Part shown: in pieces, positions 1-8,742 of the stretch
Numbering within the stretch: position 1 is the stretch's first letter
Layout: each line of letters opens with the position of its first letter
From: an uncultured delta proteobacterium
GTDB lineage: Bacteria; Myxococcota; Myxococcia; Myxococcales; Myxococcaceae
Direction: 5' to 3'
Assembly (NCBI GenBank): GCA_963713045.1
Contig: CAVQKE010000004.1
Coordinates: 832,001-896,000 of the forward strand
Length of the DNA stretch: 64,000 nt
Notes under the pieces: generated by a model
Databases searched by the model: none
The model's input: the letters and a program-made list of their open reading frames with translations, nothing else
What the model was told of the DNA's origin: nothing
Translations under genes and position numbers: made by a program

Positions 1-2
1 CG

Positions 3-113
3 TACCTCACCGAAAACTGCTGCGGCCTTGGGGCTGCCGCGTGTCCACCAAGCTGCGAGGTGCAGCCACAAGGAGTCAAACGTGAAGCGTCTTCACGTGC
101 ACGTCGCCGTTGA
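3..113 (+). CDS. arsR: ArsR-family As(III)-responsive repressor, C-terminal fragment (5' truncated by window edge)
   Basis: Frame from nt 3 reads YLTENCCGLGAAACPPSCEV...RRR* (TGA 111-113). YLTENCC is the C-terminal Cys motif of AfArsR-type repressors. Directly upstream of ars genes; absent from the ORF track. Confidence 0.8.
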   Translation, partial: YLTENCCGLGAAACPPSCEVQPQGVKREASSRARRR

Positions 114-552
114 CGAAATCGAGCTGTCCGTCCGCTTCTACTCGGCACTCTTCGGGGCGGCGCCAAGCGTCCTCAAGAGCGACTATGCGAAGTGGATGCT
201 GGACGACCCCCGCGTCAATTTTGCCATTTCGTCTCGGGGACGGGTTGCAGGCCTCGACCATCTCGGCATCCAAGTCGAGGACGCTGCGGAGCTGACGGAG
301 GCGTACGGGCGCCTCAAAGCAGCCGAGCGTCCCGTCCTCGAGCAAGGGGCCACGACGTGCTGCTACGCCAAGAGCGAGAAAGCATGGGTTCAGGACCCGT
401 CAGGCATTGCATGGGAGACCTTCCTCACGCGCGGCGAAAGCACCACGTATGGAGAGGACGCGTTGCCGGCGGCGAAGGCTGACGACGCGTGCTGCCGGCC
501 GGAACTCACCCCATCAAGCAGCGTCGGGCCCACCGAGAGTGCCGGCGTCTAG
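82..552 (+). CDS. arsI: ArsI/CadI-family VOC (glyoxalase-like) protein, putative C-As lyase
   Basis: GTG start at 82 after AGGAG (71-75). Motifs KRLHVHVAV, DYAKWMLDDPRVNFAIS, LDHLG, vicinal Cys TTCCYA, DPSGIAWE. Confidence 0.85.
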   Translation: MKRLHVHVAVDEIELSVRFYSALFGAAPSVLKSDYAKWMLDDPRVNFAISSRGRVAGLDHLGIQVEDAAELTEAYGRLKAAERPVLEQGATTCCYAKSEKAWVQDPSGIAWETFLTRGESTTYGEDALPAAKADDACCRPELTPSSSVGPTESAGV

Positions 553-580
553 CGAGCGAAATCCCGGGAATGCTCCGGCA

Positions 581-1708
581 ATGACGACCGAACCAAAAGC
601 AGTCGAACGGCTTTCCGTCGTCGACCGATTTCTTCCGCTGTGGATTCTTGCCGCCATTGGCCTGGGTCTCGCCTGCGGTCGCATTTTTCCCGGACTACCC
701 CAGGCGCTCGACGCAGTGAAGGTCGCTGGGGTGTCGGTCCCAATCGCGATTGGGCTCTTCTGGATGATGTACCCGGTGCTTGCTCGAGTGCGGTACGGCG
801 AGGTTTCCCACCTCAGAAAGCGTGGGCGCCTCCTGGCGACCTCGCTCGTCTTGAACTGGGTGGTGGGACCCATCCTCATGTTCGTTCTGGCCTGGGTTCT
901 CCTGCCTGACCTGCCGCATTACCGCACCGGCCTCATCCTCATTGGCTTGGCGCGATGCATCGCGATGGTTCTCATCTGGAATATGCTCGCTCGGGGAAGC
1001 GGAGAGGTGGCGGCGGTGCTCGTCGCTCTCAATTCCCTTTTCCAAATCGCCTTCTATTCCCTTCTCGGGTGGCTCTTCATCACCGTCGTCCCGACCTGGC
1101 TCGGCGCCAGCGGCGAAGCCTTTCACGTCAGTGTCTGGACCATCGCCAAGAGCGTTCTCCTCTTCCTTGGTCTTCCGCTGGTCGCCGGCGCCCTGACGCG
1201 CACAATCGGGGAGCGAGCACGAGGCCGAGACTGGTATGAGAAGAAGTTCCTGCCACGACTCGGGCCGACAGCGCTGCTTGCATTACTCTACACCATCGTC
1301 CTCATGTTCGCGATGCAGGGGGGCCGCATCACCAGGCTCCCCGTGGACGTGGTCCGGATTGCGGTGCCGCTCGTCCTCTACTTCGTGCTGATGTTCGGCG
1401 GGGCGTTCTTGCTCGCTTGGCGCCTTGGCTTCTCGTACGAAGAGACGGCCTCGCTGTCCTTCACCGCGGCAGGGAACAACTTCGAACTGGCCATCGCCGT
1501 TGCCATCGGCACGTTCGGCATTGCCTCGGGAGAGGCGCTCGCCGGCGTCGTGGGCCCGCTGATTGAAGTCCCTGCTTTAATTTCACTTGTCTACCTCTCG
1601 CTTTGGATGAAGACGCGCCTCTTCCCGAAAAGTGGCGACGCAGTCCTGCCTCGTCGGCTTCGCGCCCTGACTTCCCACCCGCCATCCCCTTCTGAGGTGA
1701 GCAAGTGA
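581..1708 (+). CDS. acr3: ACR3-family arsenite efflux transporter
   Basis: Motifs MMYPVLA, LNWVVGP, GLARCIAMV, AAGNNFELAIAVA, VVGPLIEVP; about 10 hydrophobic segments. ATG at 581 chosen. Confidence 0.95.
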   Translation: MTTEPKAVERLSVVDRFLPLWILAAIGLGLACGRIFPGLPQALDAVKVAGVSVPIAIGLFWMMYPVLARVRYGEVSHLRKRGRLLATSLVLNWVVGPILMFVLAWVLLPDLPHYRTGLILIGLARCIAMVLIWNMLARGSGEVAAVLVALNSLFQIAFYSLLGWLFITVVPTWLGASGEAFHVSVWTIAKSVLLFLGLPLVAGALTRTIGERARGRDWYEKKFLPRLGPTALLALLYTIVLMFAMQGGRITRLPVDVVRIAVPLVLYFVLMFGGAFLLAWRLGFSYEETASLSFTAAGNNFELAIAVAIGTFGIASGEALAGVVGPLIEVPALISLVYLSLWMKTRLFPKSGDAVLPRRLRALTSHPPSPSEVSK

Positions 1709-2241
1709 AACCGACCAAGACCTTCAAGGTCCTCTTCCTTTGCACCGGTAATTCCGTTCGCAGCATCATGGCGGAACACATGCTGAAGCGACTCGGGGGC
1801 CACGGCTTCGAGGCCTACAGCGCCGGAGCGGAACCCAAAGGCGTGGTGGACCCACTCACACTGAAAATCCTTCGCGACAGATTCCGCATCGACGCCTCCG
1901 GAGCGCGCAGCAAATCCTGGGACGAGTTCCGGAACGTCGAGTTCGACTTCGTCCTCACAGTTTGCGATCGCGCACGCGAATCCTGTCCGGTGTGGCCCGG
2001 CCAGCCAATCATTGCGCATTGGGGGCTAGAGGACCCGTCGGCGTTTGCCGGCTCGCCAAAGCAACGCGAGCAGCTTTTTCTCAACGTGGCCACGCACATT
2101 TACCAAAGGATTCAAATCTTCACCTCCCTGCCGCTGGCCAAGCTCGACCGTCTTCGCCTCGAGCGTCTCGTCAAACGCATCGGAACCGAGCCGGAAACTG
2201 TCGCTGCGGAGGAGGAAGCTCTTGCAAAGCCGGCGCGCTGA
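1705..2241 (+). CDS. arsC: Arsenate reductase, LMW-PTPase/thioredoxin-coupled family
   Basis: P-loop [11 protein letters not shown], resolving pair [26 protein letters not shown] overlap with acr3 stop. Confidence 0.9.
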   Translation: MKPTKTFKVLFLCTGNSVRSIMAEHMLKRLGGHGFEAYSAGAEPKGVVDPLTLKILRDRFRIDASGARSKSWDEFRNVEFDFVLTVCDRARESCPVWPGQPIIAHWGLEDPSAFAGSPKQREQLFLNVATHIYQRIQIFTSLPLAKLDRLRLERLVKRIGTEPETVAAEEEALAKPAR

Positions 2242-2297
2242 GGTCAGAGAGTCAGCCCAGCTTTGCAGGTCGTGGCTCTAAGAGGGGCACCTCGTCT

Positions 2298-3308
2298 ATG
2301 GCAGTTCGCGTCGGCATCAACGGCTTTGGGCGGATGGGTCGCTTGGCGCTGCGGGCTGCTTGGGGGTGGCGCGACTTCGACGTCGTCCACATCAATGAGG
2401 TGAAAGGCGGCCCCGAAGCGGCGGCGCACCTGTTGACGTTCGATTCTGTTCAGGGGCGCTGGGAGCACGACGTGCGGGCCGAAGCGACGGCCATTTCGGT
2501 CGAGGGTCGTCGGATTGGCTTCAGTGCAATTTCAAGTCCGGCTGAGGCGCCGTGGCGTGACGCTCGGGTCGATGTTGTTCTCGAAGCGAGCGGAAAGTTT
2601 CGGACGGTGGCCCTCCTCGCGCCCTACTTCGAGCAAGGCATCCGGAAGGTCATCGTCGCCGCCCCGGTAAAGGAGGGGGCGCTGAACGTCGTCCTCGGCG
2701 TCAACGACCATCTCTACCGGCCCGGTGAGCACCACGTCGTGACTGCAGCGTCGTGCACGACCAACTGTCTTGCTCCGGTCGTGAAAGTCCTCCACGAAGG
2801 AATTGGCGTCCGGCACGGAATCATCACCACGGTGCATGACGCCACCAACACCCAGTCGGTCGTCGATGCTCCGCAGAGGGACCTAAGGCGAGCCCGCGCA
2901 GCCGGGCTATCGCTCATTCCGACAACCACCGGCAGCGCGACAGCCATTGGCCTCATCTACCCCGAGCTCAAAGGCAAGCTGAACGGCCTCGCCGTCCGCG
3001 TCCCCCTGCTGAACGCCTCCTTGACGGACTGCGTCTTCGAGGTGTCCCGTCCCACGACGGTGGAAGAGGTCAACCAGCTTCTCAGGGCTGCTGCTGAAGG
3101 CATTCTCAGAGGGATTCTTGGGTACGAGGAGCGCCCGCTCGTCTCCATCGACTACAAGGGCGACGCCCGAAGCGCGATCGTCGATGCCCTGTCGACAATG
3201 GTCGTCGACCGGACCTGCGTGAAGGTCCTCGCCTGGTATGACAACGAGTGGGGTTATGCCAACCGCCTGGTGGAACTCATCCGCAAGGTAGCCTCAACTC
3301 TGCCGTGA
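2298..3308 (+). CDS. gapdh: ArsJ-associated glyceraldehyde-3-phosphate dehydrogenase
   Basis: [10 protein letters not shown], catalytic [38 protein letters not shown]; overlaps arsJ start. Confidence 0.93.
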   Translation: MAVRVGINGFGRMGRLALRAAWGWRDFDVVHINEVKGGPEAAAHLLTFDSVQGRWEHDVRAEATAISVEGRRIGFSAISSPAEAPWRDARVDVVLEASGKFRTVALLAPYFEQGIRKVIVAAPVKEGALNVVLGVNDHLYRPGEHHVVTAASCTTNCLAPVVKVLHEGIGVRHGIITTVHDATNTQSVVDAPQRDLRRARAAGLSLIPTTTGSATAIGLIYPELKGKLNGLAVRVPLLNASLTDCVFEVSRPTTVEEVNQLLRAAAEGILRGILGYEERPLVSIDYKGDARSAIVDALSTMVVDRTCVKVLAWYDNEWGYANRLVELIRKVASTLP

Positions 3309-4570
3309 GTGCGGTGAAGGCAAGCGAGGCTGTCCGCAATTATGCCGTCGTGACGGCTGCGTACTGGGCCTTCACGTTGACGGACGGCGCGCTCCGCATG
3401 CTCGTGCTGCTCCATTTCCACGAGCTGGGTTACTCCCCGGTTGAGCTGGCGTTCCTCTTTCTCTTCTATGAGTTTTTCGGGGTGGTGACGAACCTAGTGG
3501 GAGGCTACCTCGCCGCCCGCCTCGGCCTGAAGCTCACCCTTACCTCTGGGCTGCTTCTCCAGGTCTTTGCTCTCGGAGCTCTCGCTCTCGTTCGGCGCGA
3601 CTGGAGCGTCGCGGTGTCCGTCGCGTACGTCATGGCCGCCCAGGCGTTGTCCGGCATCGCAAAGGACCTCACGAAGATGAGCGCCAAGTCCTACATCAAG
3701 GTTCTCGTCCCGGCGGGCGCGCATGGAGCGCTCTTCAAATGGGTCGCGCTTCTCACTGGTAGCAAGAATGCGCTGAAGGGAGTGGGCTTTTTTCTTGGAG
3801 GCGTTCTCCTCACGCTTCTTGGCTTCCGCGGCGCTCTCTATGCGATGGCGGTCGCGCTGCTGGCCGTCTTCGTGTGGACGCAGCGGTCCTTGCCCGGGAA
3901 CCTAGGGCGTGCACCCGTGAAGCCGAAGTTCAAGGGCCTGTTATCGAAGAATCGCTCGGTCAACCTGCTTTCAGCCGCGCGGTTTTTCCTCTTCGGCGCG
4001 CGGGACGTGTGGTTCGTTGTCGGCGTGCCGGTCTTTCTGTACGACGTCATCGGATGGAGCTTCAGCGGGGTGGGTGCTTTCTTGGCACTATGGGTGATTG
4101 GTTATGGAGCCATCCAGTCGGTCGCTCCGCTGCTCATCGGTCGGTGGACGGGCGGCGCGGTCCCCGACGGGAAAAGCGCCGTCGTCCTGGCCCTTCTGCT
4201 CGCGATGCTAACCGCTGCTACGGCGGTGGCCCTGCAACAAGGTGCGCAGCCCCTTACGGTTCTCGTTGCGGGCTTGGGAGCATTTGGCGTGGTGTTTGCC
4301 CTGAACTCGTCTGTCCACAGCTATCTCATCCTCGCGTACTCAGAGGGGGACAAGGTCGCAATGAACGTCGGCTTCTACTACATGGCGAACGCGGGCGGCC
4401 GGCTCGTCGGGACACTTCTCTCCGGCGTCCTCTTCCAACTTCGCAGCGTTGGCGGATGCCTGTGGGGGAGCGCCCTGTTCGCGATGGCTGCGGCGGTAAT
4501 CTCGATAAACCTTCCCCGTGCTTCACGCGTGCTGCAACTCAAGGACGTCGCGGTCGAGGGCGCGGAGTGA
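3305..4570 (+). CDS. arsJ: Organoarsenical efflux MFS permease ArsJ
   Basis: [81 protein letters not shown] at 3305 overlaps gapdh TGA. Confidence 0.93.
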   Translation: MSAVKASEAVRNYAVVTAAYWAFTLTDGALRMLVLLHFHELGYSPVELAFLFLFYEFFGVVTNLVGGYLAARLGLKLTLTSGLLLQVFALGALALVRRDWSVAVSVAYVMAAQALSGIAKDLTKMSAKSYIKVLVPAGAHGALFKWVALLTGSKNALKGVGFFLGGVLLTLLGFRGALYAMAVALLAVFVWTQRSLPGNLGRAPVKPKFKGLLSKNRSVNLLSAARFFLFGARDVWFVVGVPVFLYDVIGWSFSGVGAFLALWVIGYGAIQSVAPLLIGRWTGGAVPDGKSAVVLALLLAMLTAATAVALQQGAQPLTVLVAGLGAFGVVFALNSSVHSYLILAYSEGDKVAMNVGFYYMANAGGRLVGTLLSGVLFQLRSVGGCLWGSALFAMAAAVISINLPRASRVLQLKDVAVEGAE

Positions 4571-4601
4571 GTCCCAGCCCTCTTTGTAACGAAGGTGTGT
4601 C

Positions 4602-4645
4602 ATCGCCACATGGCGATTGACCATTCTATACGAGCCTTCTAAAAG
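4602..4645 (+). promoter_or_regulatory. Putative sigma70 promoter with adjacent palindrome upstream of the first pstS
   Basis: ATCGCCA-CA-TGGCGAT inverted repeat (4602-4617) abutting TTGACC (4617-4622), then 17 nt, then TAAAAG (4640-4645). Confidence 0.4.
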
Positions 4646-4704
4646 CATCGAAATCACTTAGTCTTCCGGAACGATGGAAAGACGCTACAAAGGGGCTCCG
4701 AACC

Positions 4705-5733
4705 GTGAAGAATCTGCGCCACGCCCTCCTCGGGCTCACAGTCGCGGTATCGGCGCTAGCTGGAGTTCCGGTCTTAATCACTGGTGCCGGCTCGACCTTC
4801 GTCACGCCGATGTTCTCCAAGTGGTTTGCCGAATACGGTCGGCTGCATCCTGATGTTCAATTCAGTTACCAGTCCGTCGGCTCGGGCGCCGGCGTGCGGG
4901 ACGCGCTCGAGCGGAAAGTGGACTTCGGTGCGAGTGATGCACCGCTGACCGATGCGGAACAGAAGCAGGCGCCCGACCTTCTCAACCTTCCCGTCGTTCT
5001 CGGCTCGGTCGCGGTCGTCTACAACGTCGCTGGCGTCCAGGATTTGAAGCTGACGGCAGAGACGCTTGCCGGCATCTTCTTACACAGCATCACCAAGTGG
5101 AACGACCCAGCCATCGCCAAGGACAACCCGGGAACGGCACTTCCGGACACGGACATCGAGGTTGTTCACCGCTCGGACGGCTCGGGGACCACCGCTATTT
5201 TCACTGACTATCTCTCGAAAGTGTCTCCGGAGTGGAAGCGGCTGGTCGGCGCCGGCAAGCACGTCAACTGGCCCACTGGTCTCGGCGGTAAGGGGAACGA
5301 GGGCGTGAGCAGCGTGGCTAAGGACACTCCGGGCTCTATCGCGTATGTCGAGCTCGCGTTTGCGGACAGGCTGAAGCTGGCGACGTCGCTCCTTCGCAAC
5401 AACGCCGGCGCCTTCGTGCGGCCATCCATCGAGTCCACGACGGCTGCCGCTGCGGGAGTAGTCCTCCCTGAAGACATGCGCGTCTCCATCACCGATGCGC
5501 CCGGGCCGGCGGCTTGGCCTATCTCGGGATTCACGTACGTGCTTCTGCGCAAGGACCTCCCAGAGAAGGCTGTTGGTGAGGCATTGCTTCAGTTTCTTCA
5601 GTGGGCAGTTAGCGCTGGTCAGACGATGACAGCGTCCCTCGACTACGCCCCGCTTCCACAGAGCGTCGTCGACCGCGTCCGCCAGAAGCTTGCGAGTATT
5701 ACCGTGCAGGGGACAACCATTGGAGCGAAGTAA
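4705..5733 (+). CDS. pstS: Phosphate-binding periplasmic protein PstS, E. coli-like subfamily, orphan copy
   Basis: Signal peptide; TGAGSTF, YQSVGSGAG, DFGASDAPL, HRSDGSGTT, GKGNEGV, AWPISGFTY. Confidence 0.93.
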   Translation: MKNLRHALLGLTVAVSALAGVPVLITGAGSTFVTPMFSKWFAEYGRLHPDVQFSYQSVGSGAGVRDALERKVDFGASDAPLTDAEQKQAPDLLNLPVVLGSVAVVYNVAGVQDLKLTAETLAGIFLHSITKWNDPAIAKDNPGTALPDTDIEVVHRSDGSGTTAIFTDYLSKVSPEWKRLVGAGKHVNWPTGLGGKGNEGVSSVAKDTPGSIAYVELAFADRLKLATSLLRNNAGAFVRPSIESTTAAAAGVVLPEDMRVSITDAPGPAAWPISGFTYVLLRKDLPEKAVGEALLQFLQWAVSAGQTMTASLDYAPLPQSVVDRVRQKLASITVQGTTIGAK

Positions 5734-6106
5734 ACCGGCGCCTGAAGCGAAGGCTGGCCAAGCTCTTCAACACGCACTTGGGACGACGACCGCTCAACGG
5801 GTGAACTGGCCCTGGTTGTGCCTAGGCTGGCGCAAATGGGCATGGTGTTTGCGACGGTCGTGTGTCTTTACAAGACGGGACTCTCGGCGCTTGCGCTCGG
5901 CCTCTTTGGCGCATCAAGTGTGCTGACGATGTTGAGCCTTCTTCTGCGCCGGGCGCCACCTTGAACGCCAGCCGTGTAGCCCAAGCCGCGGGGAGCTGCG
6001 CCATGTCGGGCTGTGCATCGGTTCCTGCCTTCGACGACAGTGAGCTGAGGCTTGGAGACCGAGCACTGGTGTTTGAGTTCGCGGCGATTCACCTGGTTGT
6101 TCCGGA

Positions 6107-7516
6107 TTGACGGTGTCGCGCCTTGTCATCATCGGTGGCAGCGACGCCGGAGTCAGTGCGACCTTACGGGCCCGCGAGCTGAGGCCAGACATCGACGTCG
6201 ACGTCCTGGTCGCTGACGGCTACCCCAACTTCAGCATCTGCGGGTTGCCCTTTCTCTTTAGCGGCGAGGTGTCGAACTGGCAGTCGCTCGCGCACCGGAC
6301 GCTTGCCGAGTTGAGGGCCACTGGCGCTCGCTTCCGGCTGCGCACGCGGGCGACCCGGTTGCGGCTCTGTGAGCGAGAGGTCGAAGCGCTTGGGCCAGAT
6401 GGACCCATGACGCTGGAGTTCGACCATCTAGTCATCGCGACTGGCGCGAAACCTATGCGCCCACCCATCACCGGACTGGATGAGGAGGGGGTCCATGTCC
6501 TGCACGACATGGGGCATGCGCTCGGCCTTCTTCGCGTCCTTCGCGAGCGCGCTCTTCGTGAGGTGCTCATCATCGGGGCTGGGTACATCGGGCTCGAGAT
6601 GGCGGACGCGTTGGAGCACGCGGGCTTTAGCGTCACGGTCGTCGAGCGAGCGTCGCAACCCATGCCGACCGTCGATGAGCCCCTGGGAGAACTGGTCGCA
6701 GAGCGGATGCGCAGCAAGGGAATCCGGCTTGCGACTGGAATTGTCGTCCGTCGAATCGAGAGGGAGCGCGACCAGCTCGTCGTGCGCGGCGATCGCGACT
6801 TCGAGGCGGCGTCGCCCATCGTGCTCGTGGCTGCCGGCGTCGTCCCAAACGCGGAATTGGGCCTCGAGGCCGGACTCGCTGAGGGAATGCGCGGAGCGCT
6901 GCGCGTTGACCAAGGCATGCGCACTTCTGTTGAGGGCGTCTTCGCTGCAGGAGACTGCGTCGAGACCTGGCACAAGCTACTGAAGCGACCGACGTACCTT
7001 CCGCTCGGGACGACCTCTCATAAGCAAGGCCGGGTGGCGGGCGAGAACGCCGTAGGAGGGAATGCGGAGTACAAGGGTTCCCTCGGCACCCAAGTCGTGA
7101 AGGTCTTCGGTAGCGTCGTGGGCCGCTCTGGCCTTCGTCACGACGAGGCCAAGGCCGAGCGGTTCGAGCCGCTCACAGTGCAGGCGCTGGCTTGGGACCA
7201 CAAGGTGTATTTCCCGGGAGCCACCCTGCTCTCGCTGAGGGTGACGGCGGACCGAAATACCCGCCGCCTCCTGGGCGCACAAGTGCTTGGAGCCCAAGAA
7301 GCAGAGGTCTCGAAGCGCCTCGACCTGTTCGCGATGGCGCTCCATCACGAGATGCGCGTCGAGCAACTGGCTGAGCTCGACCTGAGCTACACCCCTCCCC
7401 TCAGCTCGCCCTGGGACCCGGTGCAGGTGGCCGGACAAGACTGGGAAGGCACTCGACGCGAGGGCGACGACCGCCTTGCGGCCCAGGCCACGTGGGGACA
7501 AAGACCGCCGAAATAG
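6107..7516 (+). CDS. CoA-disulfide reductase / NADH oxidase-family FAD-dependent oxidoreductase
   Basis: IIGGSDAG FAD motif, single redox Cys NFSICGLP, ATG motif, IGAGYIGLE, FAAGDC, LDLSYTPP; start TTG 6107 or GTG 6113. Confidence 0.85.
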   Translation: MTVSRLVIIGGSDAGVSATLRARELRPDIDVDVLVADGYPNFSICGLPFLFSGEVSNWQSLAHRTLAELRATGARFRLRTRATRLRLCEREVEALGPDGPMTLEFDHLVIATGAKPMRPPITGLDEEGVHVLHDMGHALGLLRVLRERALREVLIIGAGYIGLEMADALEHAGFSVTVVERASQPMPTVDEPLGELVAERMRSKGIRLATGIVVRRIERERDQLVVRGDRDFEAASPIVLVAAGVVPNAELGLEAGLAEGMRGALRVDQGMRTSVEGVFAAGDCVETWHKLLKRPTYLPLGTTSHKQGRVAGENAVGGNAEYKGSLGTQVVKVFGSVVGRSGLRHDEAKAERFEPLTVQALAWDHKVYFPGATLLSLRVTADRNTRRLLGAQVLGAQEAEVSKRLDLFAMALHHEMRVEQLAELDLSYTPPLSSPWDPVQVAGQDWEGTRREGDDRLAAQATWGQRPPK

Positions 7517-7630
7517 ACGTCAGCTCATAGCCCCCACCTCGTCGCGACGTTGCAACCGCGGAAATGCATGGCCAGTCGGGCAGCGGCACAAGTAGCTTCT
7601 CGCCGCTGAAAGCCCTGGAAAAGTCGAAGG

Positions 7631-7663
7631 GTTCACCTCCTCGTCACACGACAGACACACGGG
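7631..7663 (+). promoter_or_regulatory. Putative Pho-box-like 11-bp direct repeats upstream of pstSCAB-phoU
   Basis: GTTCACCTCCT / CGTCACACGAC / AGACACACGGG: three units with 11-bp period, ending 38 nt before the pstS ATG. Confidence 0.5.
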
Positions 7664-7701
7664 TCCGGGATACGACTGCCCGACCCCAACATGGAGCGCA
7701 C

Positions 7702-8658
7702 ATGAAGAGGCTCTTCCTAGTTGTCAGCCTATTCGTCGGGACCATGGTCTCCGCACAAGAGGCGCTGAAAGTCGACCCGAAACTGCCGGACTACAAAGTC
7801 CAGTCGGGCATCTCGGGCAACCTCAATTCCATCGGTTCGGACACACTCAACAACCTGATGACGTTTTGGGCCGAGTCTTTCCGCAAGCTTTACCCTAACG
7901 TGAAAATCCAGATTGAGGGCAAGGGAAGCTCGACCGCGCCGCCCGCGTTGATTGCCGGAACGGCGCAGCTCGGCCCGATGAGTCGCGAGATGAAGGGCGC
8001 CGAGGTCGACAGCTTCGAGAAGAAGTTCGGGTACAAGCCCCGGGGCGTCACGGTCGCGCTGGACGGTTTGGCGGTCTTCGTCAACAAGGACAACCCACTT
8101 AAGTCACTGACTTTGCAGCAAGTGGATTCTATCTTCTCCAGCACTCGGAAGCGCGGCGGCCAACCAATTGCTACTTGGGGTCAGGTAGGGCTGAGCGGTG
8201 AATGGGCCAATCGCCCAATTAGTCTGTACGGCCGCAACAGTGCCTCCGGCACCTACGGCTTCTTCAAGGAGCACACCCTCAGCAACGGAGACTATTCCAA
8301 CTCAGTGAAGGAGCAGCCGGGTTCTGCATCGGTGGTTCAGGGCGTCGAAAAAGAGCTTGGAGGCATCGGGTACAGCGGCATCGGTTACAAGACCTCTGGG
8401 GTGAAGGCGCTCGCCATCGCCGACAAAGGGGCTCCCGTTGAGCCGACCTATGAGAACGTCGAGGACTTCAAGTATCCAATTGCCCGATACCTGTACGTTT
8501 ACATAAACTTGCCTCCGACGGGCGGGGACCGCCTCACGTGCGAATTCATCAAGTTCGTGCTGTCCAAGAGCGGCCAAGAGGACACCATCAAGGACGGCTA
8601 CTTCCCGCTGTCCGCCAAAGCGGCAACCAAGGCCTGGACTGTCTCAGGCTGCAAGTAG
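7702..8658 (+). CDS. pstS: Phosphate-binding protein PstS, Pseudomonas-like subfamily
   Basis: ATG 7702 after GGAG; signal peptide; SIGSDTL, EGKGSSTAPPAL, GPMSR, YGRNSASGTYGFF, EQPGSASVVQ, YPIARYLYVY. Confidence 0.93.
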   Translation: MKRLFLVVSLFVGTMVSAQEALKVDPKLPDYKVQSGISGNLNSIGSDTLNNLMTFWAESFRKLYPNVKIQIEGKGSSTAPPALIAGTAQLGPMSREMKGAEVDSFEKKFGYKPRGVTVALDGLAVFVNKDNPLKSLTLQQVDSIFSSTRKRGGQPIATWGQVGLSGEWANRPISLYGRNSASGTYGFFKEHTLSNGDYSNSVKEQPGSASVVQGVEKELGGIGYSGIGYKTSGVKALAIADKGAPVEPTYENVEDFKYPIARYLYVYINLPPTGGDRLTCEFIKFVLSKSGQEDTIKDGYFPLSAKAATKAWTVSGCK

Positions 8659-8742
8659 CGTCTTTAGCGGGACCGAGGTTTGCTCTAAGGCGGTCCTCGC
8701 TTGCGAACTCGCGTGACCGCCGTGCCGCCCGAAAAGCCCGAT

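Noticed and set aside
2239..2277. arsC TGA followed by GCCCAGCTTTGCAGGTC, superficially like the E. coli fdhF SECIS, in a selA-positive genome
   Set aside because: The TGA follows a complete protein at a non-Cys position, the upper stem pairs poorly, and read-through gives no recognisable sequence.
1962..2297. ORF-track N-terminal extensions of gapdh (also acr3, stkA, lysC, slt and the kinase)
   Set aside because: They overlap neighbouring genes or precede the family's conserved N-terminus; downstream starts fit better.
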